This document shows, one piece after another, positions 1 to 8,487 of a stretch of DNA of 59,435 nucleotides. How positions within the stretch are numbered: the stretch's first letter is position 1; the number at the start of each line of letters is the position of its first letter. This DNA is from an uncultured Candidatus Saccharibacteria bacterium (GTDB taxonomy: Bacteria; Patescibacteriota; Minisyncoccia; Phycocordibacterales; UBA9973). The notes beneath the pieces were generated by a model. The model worked only from the letters and a program-made list of their open reading frames with translations, made no database searches and was not told the origin of the DNA. Made by a program: the position numbers and the translations under genes. The DNA lies in NCBI GenBank assembly GCA_964632605.1, contig CAZWBZ010000001.1, positions 7,497-66,931 on the forward strand. Direction: 5' to 3'.

Positions 1-532
<532 letters not shown>

Positions 533-542
533 TTAGCAGATT

Positions 543-1907
543 TTACTGAAATCGGTATTTAATGATTACAATACCCCCACTGCCGTCACCACCATTACAC
601 AAGGTAGTAGCTCCTACTTGGCCTCCGCAACCTCCACCACCATTACCATAACCCGTAGCAGAATTACCGTTAAAACCTCGTACGCTTCCTGCGCCAGCTC
701 CGCCACCGCCACCAGAACCCGGAACGCCAACCCATGAACCTCCGCCACCACCGCCACCATAGATTGTAGCTGCGCCTGAAATCGAAGACAGTAAACCAGA
801 CCCACCATTACCTCCAAAACCATTAACACTATTACCTCCAATAGCTCCGGCTCCGCCACCACCGCCGCCTTCAGCTCCAAAAGTTGCATTACCTCCATTA
901 TAACCCTGCAGCCCAGAAGCTAAACCTCCATAACCTATGGCAAAAGGAGTCATGGCACCGCCATAACCGCCACCACCGCCAGAACCTCCAGCACCACCGG
1001 CAATACCAGTTCCGACACCATGAGCCCCACGCCCTCCTCCTTCAGCAGTATAAATCCCAAAGATAGAGTCTCCTCCTTTTGAGCCATTCCAAGTTGAACC
1101 ACCAATACCACCTGCACCACCACTACCTATGCTTACAGAAAAAGAATCATTAGTATTAACAGCCAAAGACGATATTTGTTCTACGCCGCCGCCACCACCG
1201 CCACCAGCACCGCCATTATTAGAGCCACCGCCGCCACCGCCGCCGCCAACAATCAAAACTTCAATTGATCCACCGATAGAATTTAAAATATCAAATGTTC
1301 CTGAGCCAGATGCAAATGTGTGAATTCTGTAATTTCCAATTGTTACAACACTTCCACCAACAGCATCTACAATTCCTCCGCCTCCGCCGCCACCAGAACC
1401 AGCAATAGAATCATATGTAGCTAAAATACCGCGCTCTACGCGAGCAGGGTTTGTATTACTACAAATATTGTAACCTTGAACGCTAATATTTGTCTTAGAT
1501 GGAACAACACTAGTATCCCTATCTAGATAGCCAACAAAGCACGGGCCTGTAACTGGATTTATAATGTCTACAGTATATTTATAAGAAGTATAAGGAGGCG
1601 CGCTAGGAGTAGTAGACGTCAGTGTTGCCATATAGTTAACAGGATTACCTGATGAGTCTCTACCACAAGTCAAAGCGAATGATCCAAGAGTTGGGTCAAA
1701 AAAAGTCGGCATCTTGTCTTTGGCTAGCATACATTCCATACCAACATCCGCTGCAGCACGCGCATTTAAAGAATCACGCCCGATACGAGAAAGAGATCTT
1801 TCTTTGTAGACCATATTAGCCACACCCATAGAAATACCTACAGCAATGGTAATTATCATCATTGTATAAAGTATCGCAAACCCAGAATTTTTGTTTTTTA
1901 GTTTCAT
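543..1907 (-). CDS. PilX-like membrane-anchored protein fused to a poly-glycine (glycine-rich) domain; last gene of the pilus operon
   Basis: The N-terminus MKLKNKNSGFAILYTMMIITIAVGISMG resembles a PilX/minor-pilin hydrophobic anchor, but Glu5 is absent. The C-terminal ~270 aa have the pattern YRIHTF.SGSGTF...IEVLIVGGGGGGGG...many GGxGG blocks...GGDGSGGIVIIKYRF. The start lies 2 nt after the upstream pseudopilin stop. Confidence 0.6.
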   Translation of the reverse strand: MKLKNKNSGFAILYTMMIITIAVGISMGVANMVYKERSLSRIGRDSLNARAAADVGMECMLAKDKMPTFFDPTLGSFALTCGRDSSGNPVNYMATLTSTTPSAPPYTSYKYTVDIINPVTGPCFVGYLDRDTSVVPSKTNISVQGYNICSNTNPARVERGILATYDSIAGSGGGGGGGIVDAVGGSVVTIGNYRIHTFASGSGTFDILNSIGGSIEVLIVGGGGGGGGSNNGGAGGGGGGGVEQISSLAVNTNDSFSVSIGSGGAGGIGGSTWNGSKGGDSIFGIYTAEGGGRGAHGVGTGIAGGAGGSGGGGGYGGAMTPFAIGYGGLASGLQGYNGGNATFGAEGGGGGGAGAIGGNSVNGFGGNGGSGLLSSISGAATIYGGGGGGGSWVGVPGSGGGGGAGAGSVRGFNGNSATGYGNGGGGCGGQVGATTLCNGGDGSGGIVIIKYRFQ

Positions 1908-1908
1908 A

Positions 1909-2529
1909 CTACCAATTCAAAAGACTAGTGTTAATGACTTTGCTTTTAGCTACTCCGCCGGTATCAAGCCAATCAACACGAATATCAACAAAAAGTTCAT
2001 CTGGGTTCGTAGATGGGGTCAACCGAATACTACGCACAAAAGTAGTAGTCCCAATAACAGAGTTAGACCCCGGACAACTACTGCCAGGAGTACACATTAT
2101 TTGTCTACCGCCGCTATCCACCCGAACCAAAGCCGGACAACCCGAAGGAGGACAAGCGGTAATCTCGTCAGATATTGGATCCACACTACAAGCTCCAGGA
2201 GAACCAGAAGCATAAGTACAAGAACAAAGAGAAGGAGTTCTTACGCCAACAGCAGGACATGGTCCTGGACCAAGCTGCACAAAATCTGTAGATGCAGGTG
2301 TATACCAAGTAGCGCCACCATTAAGAGCACTGTCTCTATTGTTTCTAATATATTCCATTCCCTCTTGAGCTAAATACTGTGCAGTTACTTCCAGTCTTTG
2401 CCCTCGAGTAGTAATAAGAATTTTAGAAACAAGTTGCATTAAAGCAGTTACAGTCATCATCAAAAGAAATATTGCGACAATAGTTTCAATCAAAGTAAAT
2501 CCAGAATTTTTATTTATATTATTTTTCAT
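1909..2529 (-). CDS. type IV pilus minor pilin / pseudopilin (prepilin-type N-terminal cleavage/methylation domain)
   Basis: The N-terminus is MKNNINKNSGFTLIETIVAIFLLMM, a G/FTLIE prepilin signal followed by a hydrophobic helix. The gene sits in the pilus operon. Confidence 0.75.
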   Translation of the reverse strand: MKNNINKNSGFTLIETIVAIFLLMMTVTALMQLVSKILITTRGQRLEVTAQYLAQEGMEYIRNNRDSALNGGATWYTPASTDFVQLGPGPCPAVGVRTPSLCSCTYASGSPGACSVDPISDEITACPPSGCPALVRVDSGGRQIMCTPGSSCPGSNSVIGTTTFVRSIRLTPSTNPDELFVDIRVDWLDTGGVAKSKVINTSLLNW

Positions 2530-2533
2530 ACAA

Positions 2534-3121
2534 TTATAATTTTAGATCTCTTTGAGATAGAGTTGTTTGAATAATAAAAGATTTTGGAGTATTAGAAGCA
2601 TAAGATATTCCACGAATAACAACTGTTACTCGAGGCTGCTCTGGGTCTGCACCATAAGGCTCTGCATGCGACACGTAGAATGTTAGCTCCTGAATATCAA
2701 CTAAATCATCCGTCAAAGAAACAGCAGCAGCTGAACCAATAGAGCGAGCAATGTACCCACGCCCCGTACTAGAACTAATTAATCTTTGATATGTAATAGA
2801 TGAAGCAACACCAAGATAAGTCCCCTGAAAAGTTAAAGCATCAGAACCCGGCCCGGGAATAAATGGACAAGAAGATGGAGGAGCTGATGGTATACTAGAA
2901 CAAGCATAATCGTGACCATAAGCAATAGAGCGAGAGAGATGCTCTAAAGAAAAAGTTAGATTATCCATTACTCTTCTCTCTTGCCTTGTTTGGCGGACTT
3001 CAGCATTTGTAGTCATCAAAAGACCAACAGCAATTATAATTACAATAGAAAGCAAGGTTAAACAAACCAGTAGTTCTATTAGAGTAAATCCTTTATTTTT
3101 ATAAGAGTAAAATGATTTCAT
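2534..3121 (-). CDS. type IV pilus minor pilin / pseudopilin
   Basis: Contains the prepilin motif ...KNKGFTLIELLVCLTLLSIV. The ORF-track start at 3136 is a GTG that overlaps the upstream gene. The ATG at 3121 (MKSFYSYKNKGFTLIE) is preferred. Confidence 0.75.
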   Translation of the reverse strand: MKSFYSYKNKGFTLIELLVCLTLLSIVIIIAVGLLMTTNAEVRQTRQERRVMDNLTFSLEHLSRSIAYGHDYACSSIPSAPPSSCPFIPGPGSDALTFQGTYLGVASSITYQRLISSSTGRGYIARSIGSAAAVSLTDDLVDIQELTFYVSHAEPYGADPEQPRVTVVIRGISYASNTPKSFIIQTTLSQRDLKL

Positions 3122-3125
3122 AATT

Positions 3126-3842
3126 TTATTCAACACTGATTTGACCAGTAGACCAAACCTTTACAGTCTTGGTTGTACCAGTCACACTAGTTAAATTAAT
3201 TTCAGCATAACCAGTGGTAGGCATAAGACCACGGCATCCACCAGAAGAAGCAGAATTTATACAAAAATAAGCATCAAGATTCGGTCTCAAAAAAGTAATA
3301 TCTAATCCCTGACCAGGACTTAAAGGTGTACATGAAGGCGCGCCCCCTGCAGTAGAACAAAGAGATAAACCAGTTATTTTGTCCCCTGTATCTATTTGTG
3401 TCCTTGAAACACATTCATCAATTGTTTGGTTTGGAGAACCACAAGCAGCCATCATATTAAAATTTTGAAGATACGCGCGGTCCCATCCACCTGGACCAGG
3501 ATTTGCTTCGTAATCAGTAAATAATACATAAGTTTTTTCATTAGCACCTTGGAAAGAACCATTGCCCCCACCTAATTCAAAATGAATACCATAACCATTT
3601 TTATAGTTTGGAACAATTCCCCCAGCAGACCGTACAGACAAAGCCAAAGTTTGAGCATTTCTAATACTTAGGGCAATATTGTCAGCAGTATTTTGAATAT
3701 AAACACTTTTTCTTTGTGAAGAGATTTGTAAAATTGAAATTGTGGAAATAATAACAACAAGAAAAATAACAACCATCATTTCTATTAAAGTAAAACCTGA
3801 CTGATCTTTTATTTTTGTTTTTTTGAAATTAAAAACCTTCAT
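3126..3842 (-). CDS. type IV pilus minor pilin / pseudopilin
   Basis: Contains the prepilin motif MKVFNFKKTKIKDQSGFTLIEMMVVIFLVVIIS and lies directly downstream of pilD. Confidence 0.7.
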   Translation of the reverse strand: MKVFNFKKTKIKDQSGFTLIEMMVVIFLVVIISTISILQISSQRKSVYIQNTADNIALSIRNAQTLALSVRSAGGIVPNYKNGYGIHFELGGGNGSFQGANEKTYVLFTDYEANPGPGGWDRAYLQNFNMMAACGSPNQTIDECVSRTQIDTGDKITGLSLCSTAGGAPSCTPLSPGQGLDITFLRPNLDAYFCINSASSGGCRGLMPTTGYAEINLTSVTGTTKTVKVWSTGQISVE

Positions 3843-3843
3843 A

Positions 3844-4638
3844 TTAGATTAAATTAATAATAAAAGAATTCATTGTTATACCAAAGACAAAAGCAATAAA
3901 TAACCCAACAACTAAAAATGGTCCAAATGGTACAGGTGTTTTACCGCTAAGCATAGTGCGAGTCAAAAGCATTTTCAGAAAAACAAAACCAGCTCCAATC
4001 CAAAAACCCATTATAACTGCAGCAAAACCGCCAGATATACCAAGCAGGAATCCAAAACCACACATTAACTGTATATCCCCGAAGCCAATCATTCGGCCTT
4101 TTGAAAAATACCAAACAGCCCACAAAGGAAAAGCTACAATAAAACCAGCAACAAAATTTTCAAGTGTAATTCCATTACCCAATAAACCAAGAATAATTGG
4201 CGTAAAGAATGCAAAAATTAGGAACTTGCGCATCAGTGTCCATGGCAGTACAAAATGGTGTATATCATAAACAGACATAGCGATAAGTAAACAAAAAGAT
4301 ATAGCATACAAAGCAAAACTAAGCATACCCATAAAACTAAACAAGTAAAAGTCCATTCCTATTCTGTACGCAAGCAGTGCGAACACAATGGCTGTAATTA
4401 TTTCTACTAATGGGTACTGAATAGATAGTCTTGTTTTGCAATATCGGCAGCGACCACGAAGCATTATAAAAGAAAGTACCGGCACTAAATCCATTGTTTT
4501 TAATGTGTGCCCACAACGAGTGCATTTAGAACGTCCTTTACTAATACGATTAGTATGTAGCCTTAAAATAACAACATTCAGAAAGCTCCCAATGACCAGC
4601 CCTAAAAGTCCAAAGAAAATATATATAGCTACATTCAT
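3844..4638 (-). CDS. pilD: prepilin peptidase (A24 family)
   Basis: A polytopic membrane protein with the N-terminal Cys cluster CTRCGHTL...GRCRYCKTRLSIQYPLVE typical of PilD/XcpA. The ORF-track start at 4656 is TTG, so the ATG at 4638 (MNVAIYIFFGLLG) is preferred. Confidence 0.9.
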   Translation of the reverse strand: MNVAIYIFFGLLGLVIGSFLNVVILRLHTNRISKGRSKCTRCGHTLKTMDLVPVLSFIMLRGRCRYCKTRLSIQYPLVEIITAIVFALLAYRIGMDFYLFSFMGMLSFALYAISFCLLIAMSVYDIHHFVLPWTLMRKFLIFAFFTPIILGLLGNGITLENFVAGFIVAFPLWAVWYFSKGRMIGFGDIQLMCGFGFLLGISGGFAAVIMGFWIGAGFVFLKMLLTRTMLSGKTPVPFGPFLVVGLFIAFVFGITMNSFIINLI

Positions 4639-4700
4639 AGCCAAATTATAACACAATCATAGTATTTACTATACCGAAAAATAACTAAATATTGTTTAAA

Positions 4701-5081
4701 CTAGTTAAAGGTACAGCCGTTTTGGTTACAAGCAACAGTTGCAACAGTAATGCCATCAGTAGCTACTGCCCCATTAGTAGCAGTAACAGTAAAGAAAAAT
4801 GTGGTTAAACCAGTATCTCCACAGCTTTGAACAAGAGTAGTAAAAGCAGTACTAGCATCGTAAGTAGAAGGACTACCTAAATCTCCCAAAACAATATCAT
4901 TTTTATCACAAATAGAAATAAACGGTTTTACAGTCGATGAGACTTCGGCTTGGAATGCAGCAGTCTTGGCTTTGGTTCTTGCGTTAGTCATACTAGAAAC
5001 CACAACCGAAGAGAGAATACCAATGATTGCAATTACAACCAAAAGTTCGATAAGGGTAAAACCTTTTTTATTTTTACTCAT
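4701..5081 (-). CDS. type IV pilin (PilA-like), paralog 1
   Basis: The N-terminus MSKNKKGFTLIELLVVIAIIGILSSVV is a canonical class III signal with Glu5. The protein is small and has paired Cys residues in the C-terminal region. Confidence 0.85.
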   Translation of the reverse strand: MSKNKKGFTLIELLVVIAIIGILSSVVVSSMTNARTKAKTAAFQAEVSSTVKPFISICDKNDIVLGDLGSPSTYDASTAFTTLVQSCGDTGLTTFFFTVTATNGAVATDGITVATVACNQNGCTFN

Positions 5082-5124
5082 ATAGATAATGTTTAGAATA
5101 ACTATTTTTTATTATACCATACAA

Positions 5125-5160
5125 AATAAAAAACTATCTTTTAAATTAGATAGTTTTTTA
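5125..5160 (-). terminator. intrinsic terminator after pilin paralog 2
   Basis: Stem AACTATCT/AGATAGTT flanked by A/T runs, directly downstream (minus sense) of the stop at 5177. Confidence 0.65.
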
Positions 5161-5176
5161 TAAATAGAACTTGGAA

Positions 5177-5581
5177 TTATTTACAAGTAGTAGGGTTTGC
5201 AAATGCTACACCAGTTGGATCAATAGTTGCAGTCCCACAAGCAGTAGCAACTGCAGTATTTGTAGCTGTTATTGTTACAGCCCAATTCCCTGTACCGCTT
5301 TTACTACAAACAGTAGATGACGTTGGGTCTTTACCAGAAACGGCAACACCTACAGTATGACTACCCACAGCAGGCACGTCTGTTGCTAAAACTAAAACTC
5401 GAGTATCACAAATAGAAGCAAGTGCTGCAGGAAAAGCTGCTGCTTCAGATTTAAAAGCTGCGATATTAGCTTTTGATCTAGAGCTACCAATACTAACAGC
5501 TACAACCGAAGAGAGAATACCAATGATTGCAATTACAACCAAGAGTTCGATCAAAGTAAAACCTTTTTGCATTTTTTTCAT
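5177..5581 (-). CDS. type IV pilin (PilA-like), paralog 2
   Basis: The N-terminus is MKKMQKGFTLIELLVVIAIIGILSSVV. The C-terminal part is divergent. Confidence 0.85.
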   Translation of the reverse strand: MKKMQKGFTLIELLVVIAIIGILSSVVAVSIGSSRSKANIAAFKSEAAAFPAALASICDTRVLVLATDVPAVGSHTVGVAVSGKDPTSSTVCSKSGTGNWAVTITATNTAVATACGTATIDPTGVAFANPTTCK

Positions 5582-5620
5582 AGGGAATAAAACTATACTA
5601 ATACTATAAATATAATAACA

Positions 5621-5650
5621 TAAACAAAAGCTCTCCCGAAAGGGAGAGCT
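5621..5650 (-). terminator. intrinsic terminator after pilin paralog 3
   Basis: Stem GCTCTCCC-gaaa-GGGAGAGC followed (minus sense) by TTTTGTTT. Confidence 0.8.
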
Positions 5651-5680
5651 ATGTTAATAACTAGGATAGAGGTCTAATTA

Positions 5681-6055
5681 TTATTGGAATACTGCCCCTG
5701 TCTCAGTAACAGTAGCTGTACCAGTACCAGTACCATTTTTTAGAGTCGCTCCGTTTGTAGCTGTTATTGACTGAGAAAATGTTCCAGACCCTGATGGACC
5801 ACAACTTTGTGTGAACCCAGTCATAGTTGGAGTATATGTTGTTGGAGAACCGAAGTCAGCCAACACGATATTTCCTACATCACACTTTGATACAAGACCA
5901 GGTGTGATACCAGAAGCTTCAGCTTGGAAAGCTGCAGTCTTAGCTTTTGTACGAGCAGAGCTCATACTAGTAACTACAACTGACGATAGGATACCAATGA
6001 TCGCAATAACGACCAAAAGTTCGATAAGGGTGAAACCCTTTTGCATTTTTTTCAT
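5681..6055 (-). CDS. type IV pilin (PilA-like), paralog 3
   Basis: The internal ATG at 6055 gives MKKMQKGFTLIELLVVIAIIGILSSVV, identical to the paralog 2 leader. The ORF-track start at 6094 adds 13 unlikely residues. The C-terminal part resembles paralog 1 (ARTKAKTAAFQAE...GSP.TY...QSCG...TATNGA). Confidence 0.85.
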   Translation of the reverse strand: MKKMQKGFTLIELLVVIAIIGILSSVVVTSMSSARTKAKTAAFQAEASGITPGLVSKCDVGNIVLADFGSPTTYTPTMTGFTQSCGPSGSGTFSQSITATNGATLKNGTGTGTATVTETGAVFQ

Positions 6056-6175
6056 ACGTATGAATAAAATAAAATCTAATAATATTTGTACCAAAGAGAT
6101 TTGTTTTAAAACAAATAATCAACGATTGGTATTACGTTTATTATAACATTTAAAACATTACATAGTAGTAAATAA

Positions 6176-6206
6176 AATAAAAATGTGGATAACTCCACAT
6201 TTTTAT
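6176..6206 (-). terminator. intrinsic terminator after pilC
   Basis: Stem ATGTGGA-taac-TCCACAT with a T-run on the minus sense. Confidence 0.7.
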
Positions 6207-6210
6207 TTTA

Positions 6211-7413
6211 TTAAATTGTATTTGCTAAATTATAAATCGGCATCAAGACAGAGACCAAAAGAATTCCTACACCGACACCCAGTACAATAATCATCGCAGG
6301 TTCAATCAAAGCCACAATAGTATCCACTGCTTGGTCTACTTCGCGGCGATAAAATCTACCCAAGGTTCTTAGTACTTGCCCAAGCATACCTGTCTCTTCC
6401 CCAACGCGAACCATTTGAGAAAGCAAAGTTGGAATTTCTTTGTGTTTTGAAAGCGCATTAGAAAGACTAACTCCGGCTTTTACTTCTTCTGAAACTTCTT
6501 TTATTAGTCTTTCATATATACTATTCCCTACAACTGTAGATGTAACTTCTAGTGTGCGAATAATAGGTATTCCAGAAGATAGCATTGTATCCAAGTTATC
6601 AGAAATACGAGCAAGATAAAGTTTTTGGTAAAGATTTTTGATTGCAGGAGTAACTAGCTTCATCTTGTCCATCCAAAGCTTTCCGGCTTCACTTTTCAAG
6701 AAAAGAGCAAAAGTAACTACCATGGCAACAAATAGTACTAGCATTACTAAACCGTATTTAACAAAGAAAGTAGAAACACCAATAACAATAGTAGTAAAGA
6801 CTGGTACTTCTTGACCACTAGCAGTAATCATTTCTCCAAGCTTTGGGATAATGAAACGCATCATTAAAACCATAACCGCAAAGAAAACCAAAATAACGAA
6901 AGCTGGATAAATAAGAGCGTTACGAGTTTTATTTGTTAGTTCGTATTGACGCTCTAGATAGTCAGCTAAGAATATAAAAGTTTCAGAAAGCTTACCAGAC
7001 TCTTCCCCGGCACGGACCATGTTTACAAAGAAATTAGAAAAGGTTTCTGGATATTGAGACAAGGCTTGAGAAATAGTACTACCAGAAGAAAGATCGCTGG
7101 TAACACTTTGTAGCTGCTGTTTTAAAATAGGATTAGCAGCCTGATCCGCAATAAGACTAAAAGCTTTGAAAGCGGAAACATTGGCTTCAAACAAAGTAGA
7201 GATTTGTCTTGCCATAAAGACAACATCTTTAGCAGGAACTTTATTTAAAAAAGAAATAGAGCTTAGACTAGAAGGAACATTTTCTTTTATTAAAGTTATA
7301 ACAATACCGCGATGCTGCAGTGTTTCTATAGCATTATCTCTAGAGACAGATTCTATTCTGCCAATTTGTTTTTCTCCTGCCGCGGATAAACCTTGATATT
7401 CAAAAATCTTCAT
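6211..7413 (-). CDS. pilC: type IV pilus platform protein PilC (GspF family)
   Basis: 400 aa with two GspF-type repeats (for example RAGEESGKL / RVGEETGML) and three TM segments. Confidence 0.9.
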   Translation of the reverse strand: MKIFEYQGLSAAGEKQIGRIESVSRDNAIETLQHRGIVITLIKENVPSSLSSISFLNKVPAKDVVFMARQISTLFEANVSAFKAFSLIADQAANPILKQQLQSVTSDLSSGSTISQALSQYPETFSNFFVNMVRAGEESGKLSETFIFLADYLERQYELTNKTRNALIYPAFVILVFFAVMVLMMRFIIPKLGEMITASGQEVPVFTTIVIGVSTFFVKYGLVMLVLFVAMVVTFALFLKSEAGKLWMDKMKLVTPAIKNLYQKLYLARISDNLDTMLSSGIPIIRTLEVTSTVVGNSIYERLIKEVSEEVKAGVSLSNALSKHKEIPTLLSQMVRVGEETGMLGQVLRTLGRFYRREVDQAVDTIVALIEPAMIIVLGVGVGILLVSVLMPIYNLANTI

Positions 7414-7423
7414 ATTTTTTTAA

Positions 7424-8485
7424 TTATGCGTATCTTGATTTCAAAGCATCCGGATTTGTTGAATATTCGAGTGCTGTCTCAAGAGTTATTTCTCCTTTTT
7501 CTACAAGTTCTAGTAAAATCTTGTTCATATCTATCATACCGTGTTCACTACCTGTCTCTATAAGAACTGGAATTTCATGTGTTCTTTTCTCACGGATAAG
7601 ATTAGCAACAGCAGTAGTAGAAACAAGTAATTCGTATGCTAATGCTCGTCCACCATTTATCTTAGGTATAAGTCTTTGAGACAAAATACCAATAAGAGAC
7701 CCCGCAAGCTGTAGACGAATTTGGTCTTGTTGTTCACCAGGGAAAGAATCGATAATACGGTCAATGGTTTGAGACGCGGTGTTTGTGTGAAGTGTTGAAA
7801 TAACAAGGTGTCCAGTCTCAGCAGCTGTAACAGCTGCAGCCATTGTCTCATGAGTTCTCATTTCCCCTATCAAGATAACATTAACGTCTTCTCGAAAAAT
7901 AGATTTCATTGCAGTATCAAAAGATTCTGTATCTCGGCCAACTTCTCTTTGGTCAATAATAGATTTTACCGGTACGAAATCAAATTCAACAGGGTCTTCA
8001 ATAGTTACAATGTGAGACTGTCTTGTTTGGTTTATTTCTTCTACCATTGCAGCCATGGTTGTAGATTTACCTTGCCCCATAGGACCAACAACCAAAAAGA
8101 ATCCTTGCTTTTGTTTTGCAAATTCTTTTATAGATTCAGGTAGACCAAGCTCGTTTAGTGTTTTTACTTTTGGAACACGTCTTAGGGCTATAGCAGGATG
8201 ACCACTTTCCATATAAGCATTACCACGAAAACGAACTTCTTTGCTATTAGTATAAGAAAAGTCTAAGTCAGATTTTTCTTTGAATTCATTATATTCGTTA
8301 TCTCGAAGAAAAAGTTTTAGATATTCTTCGATATCTTTATCTGTTAGCTTTTCTTGGTTAAGCAAGAAAGAAAGTTCTCCGTCTACACGAATAGCTGGAG
8401 CTTCACTAGTATTAAAATGAATATCTGATCCACCTCGTGAATCAAGCTCTGTTAATAAAGACTCAAGGTTATTTTTGTATTCCAT
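7424..8485 (-). CDS. pilT: type IV pilus retraction ATPase PilT
   Basis: 353 aa with Walker A GPMGQGKST. The motifs ILIGEMRT, ETGHLVISTLHT and AYELL are typical of the PilT family. Confidence 0.9.
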   Translation of the reverse strand: MEYKNNLESLLTELDSRGGSDIHFNTSEAPAIRVDGELSFLLNQEKLTDKDIEEYLKLFLRDNEYNEFKEKSDLDFSYTNSKEVRFRGNAYMESGHPAIALRRVPKVKTLNELGLPESIKEFAKQKQGFFLVVGPMGQGKSTTMAAMVEEINQTRQSHIVTIEDPVEFDFVPVKSIIDQREVGRDTESFDTAMKSIFREDVNVILIGEMRTHETMAAAVTAAETGHLVISTLHTNTASQTIDRIIDSFPGEQQDQIRLQLAGSLIGILSQRLIPKINGGRALAYELLVSTTAVANLIREKRTHEIPVLIETGSEHGMIDMNKILLELVEKGEITLETALEYSTNPDALKSRYA

Positions 8486-8487
8486 AT

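Noticed and set aside
614-1323. ORF-track entries 614-898(-), 884-1066(+) and 1129-1323(+) inside the glycine-rich gene
   Set aside because: They are alternative-frame or antisense readings of GGN-repeat DNA, giving poly-Pro, His/Arg-rich or Val/Ala-rich nonsense. They lie entirely within the better-supported 543-1907 CDS.
1862-2373. Plus-strand ORFs 1862-2215 and 1891-2373
   Set aside because: They are antisense to the pseudopilin gene, which has a clear prepilin signal. Their composition is Arg/Ser/Thr-rich and typical of antisense frames.
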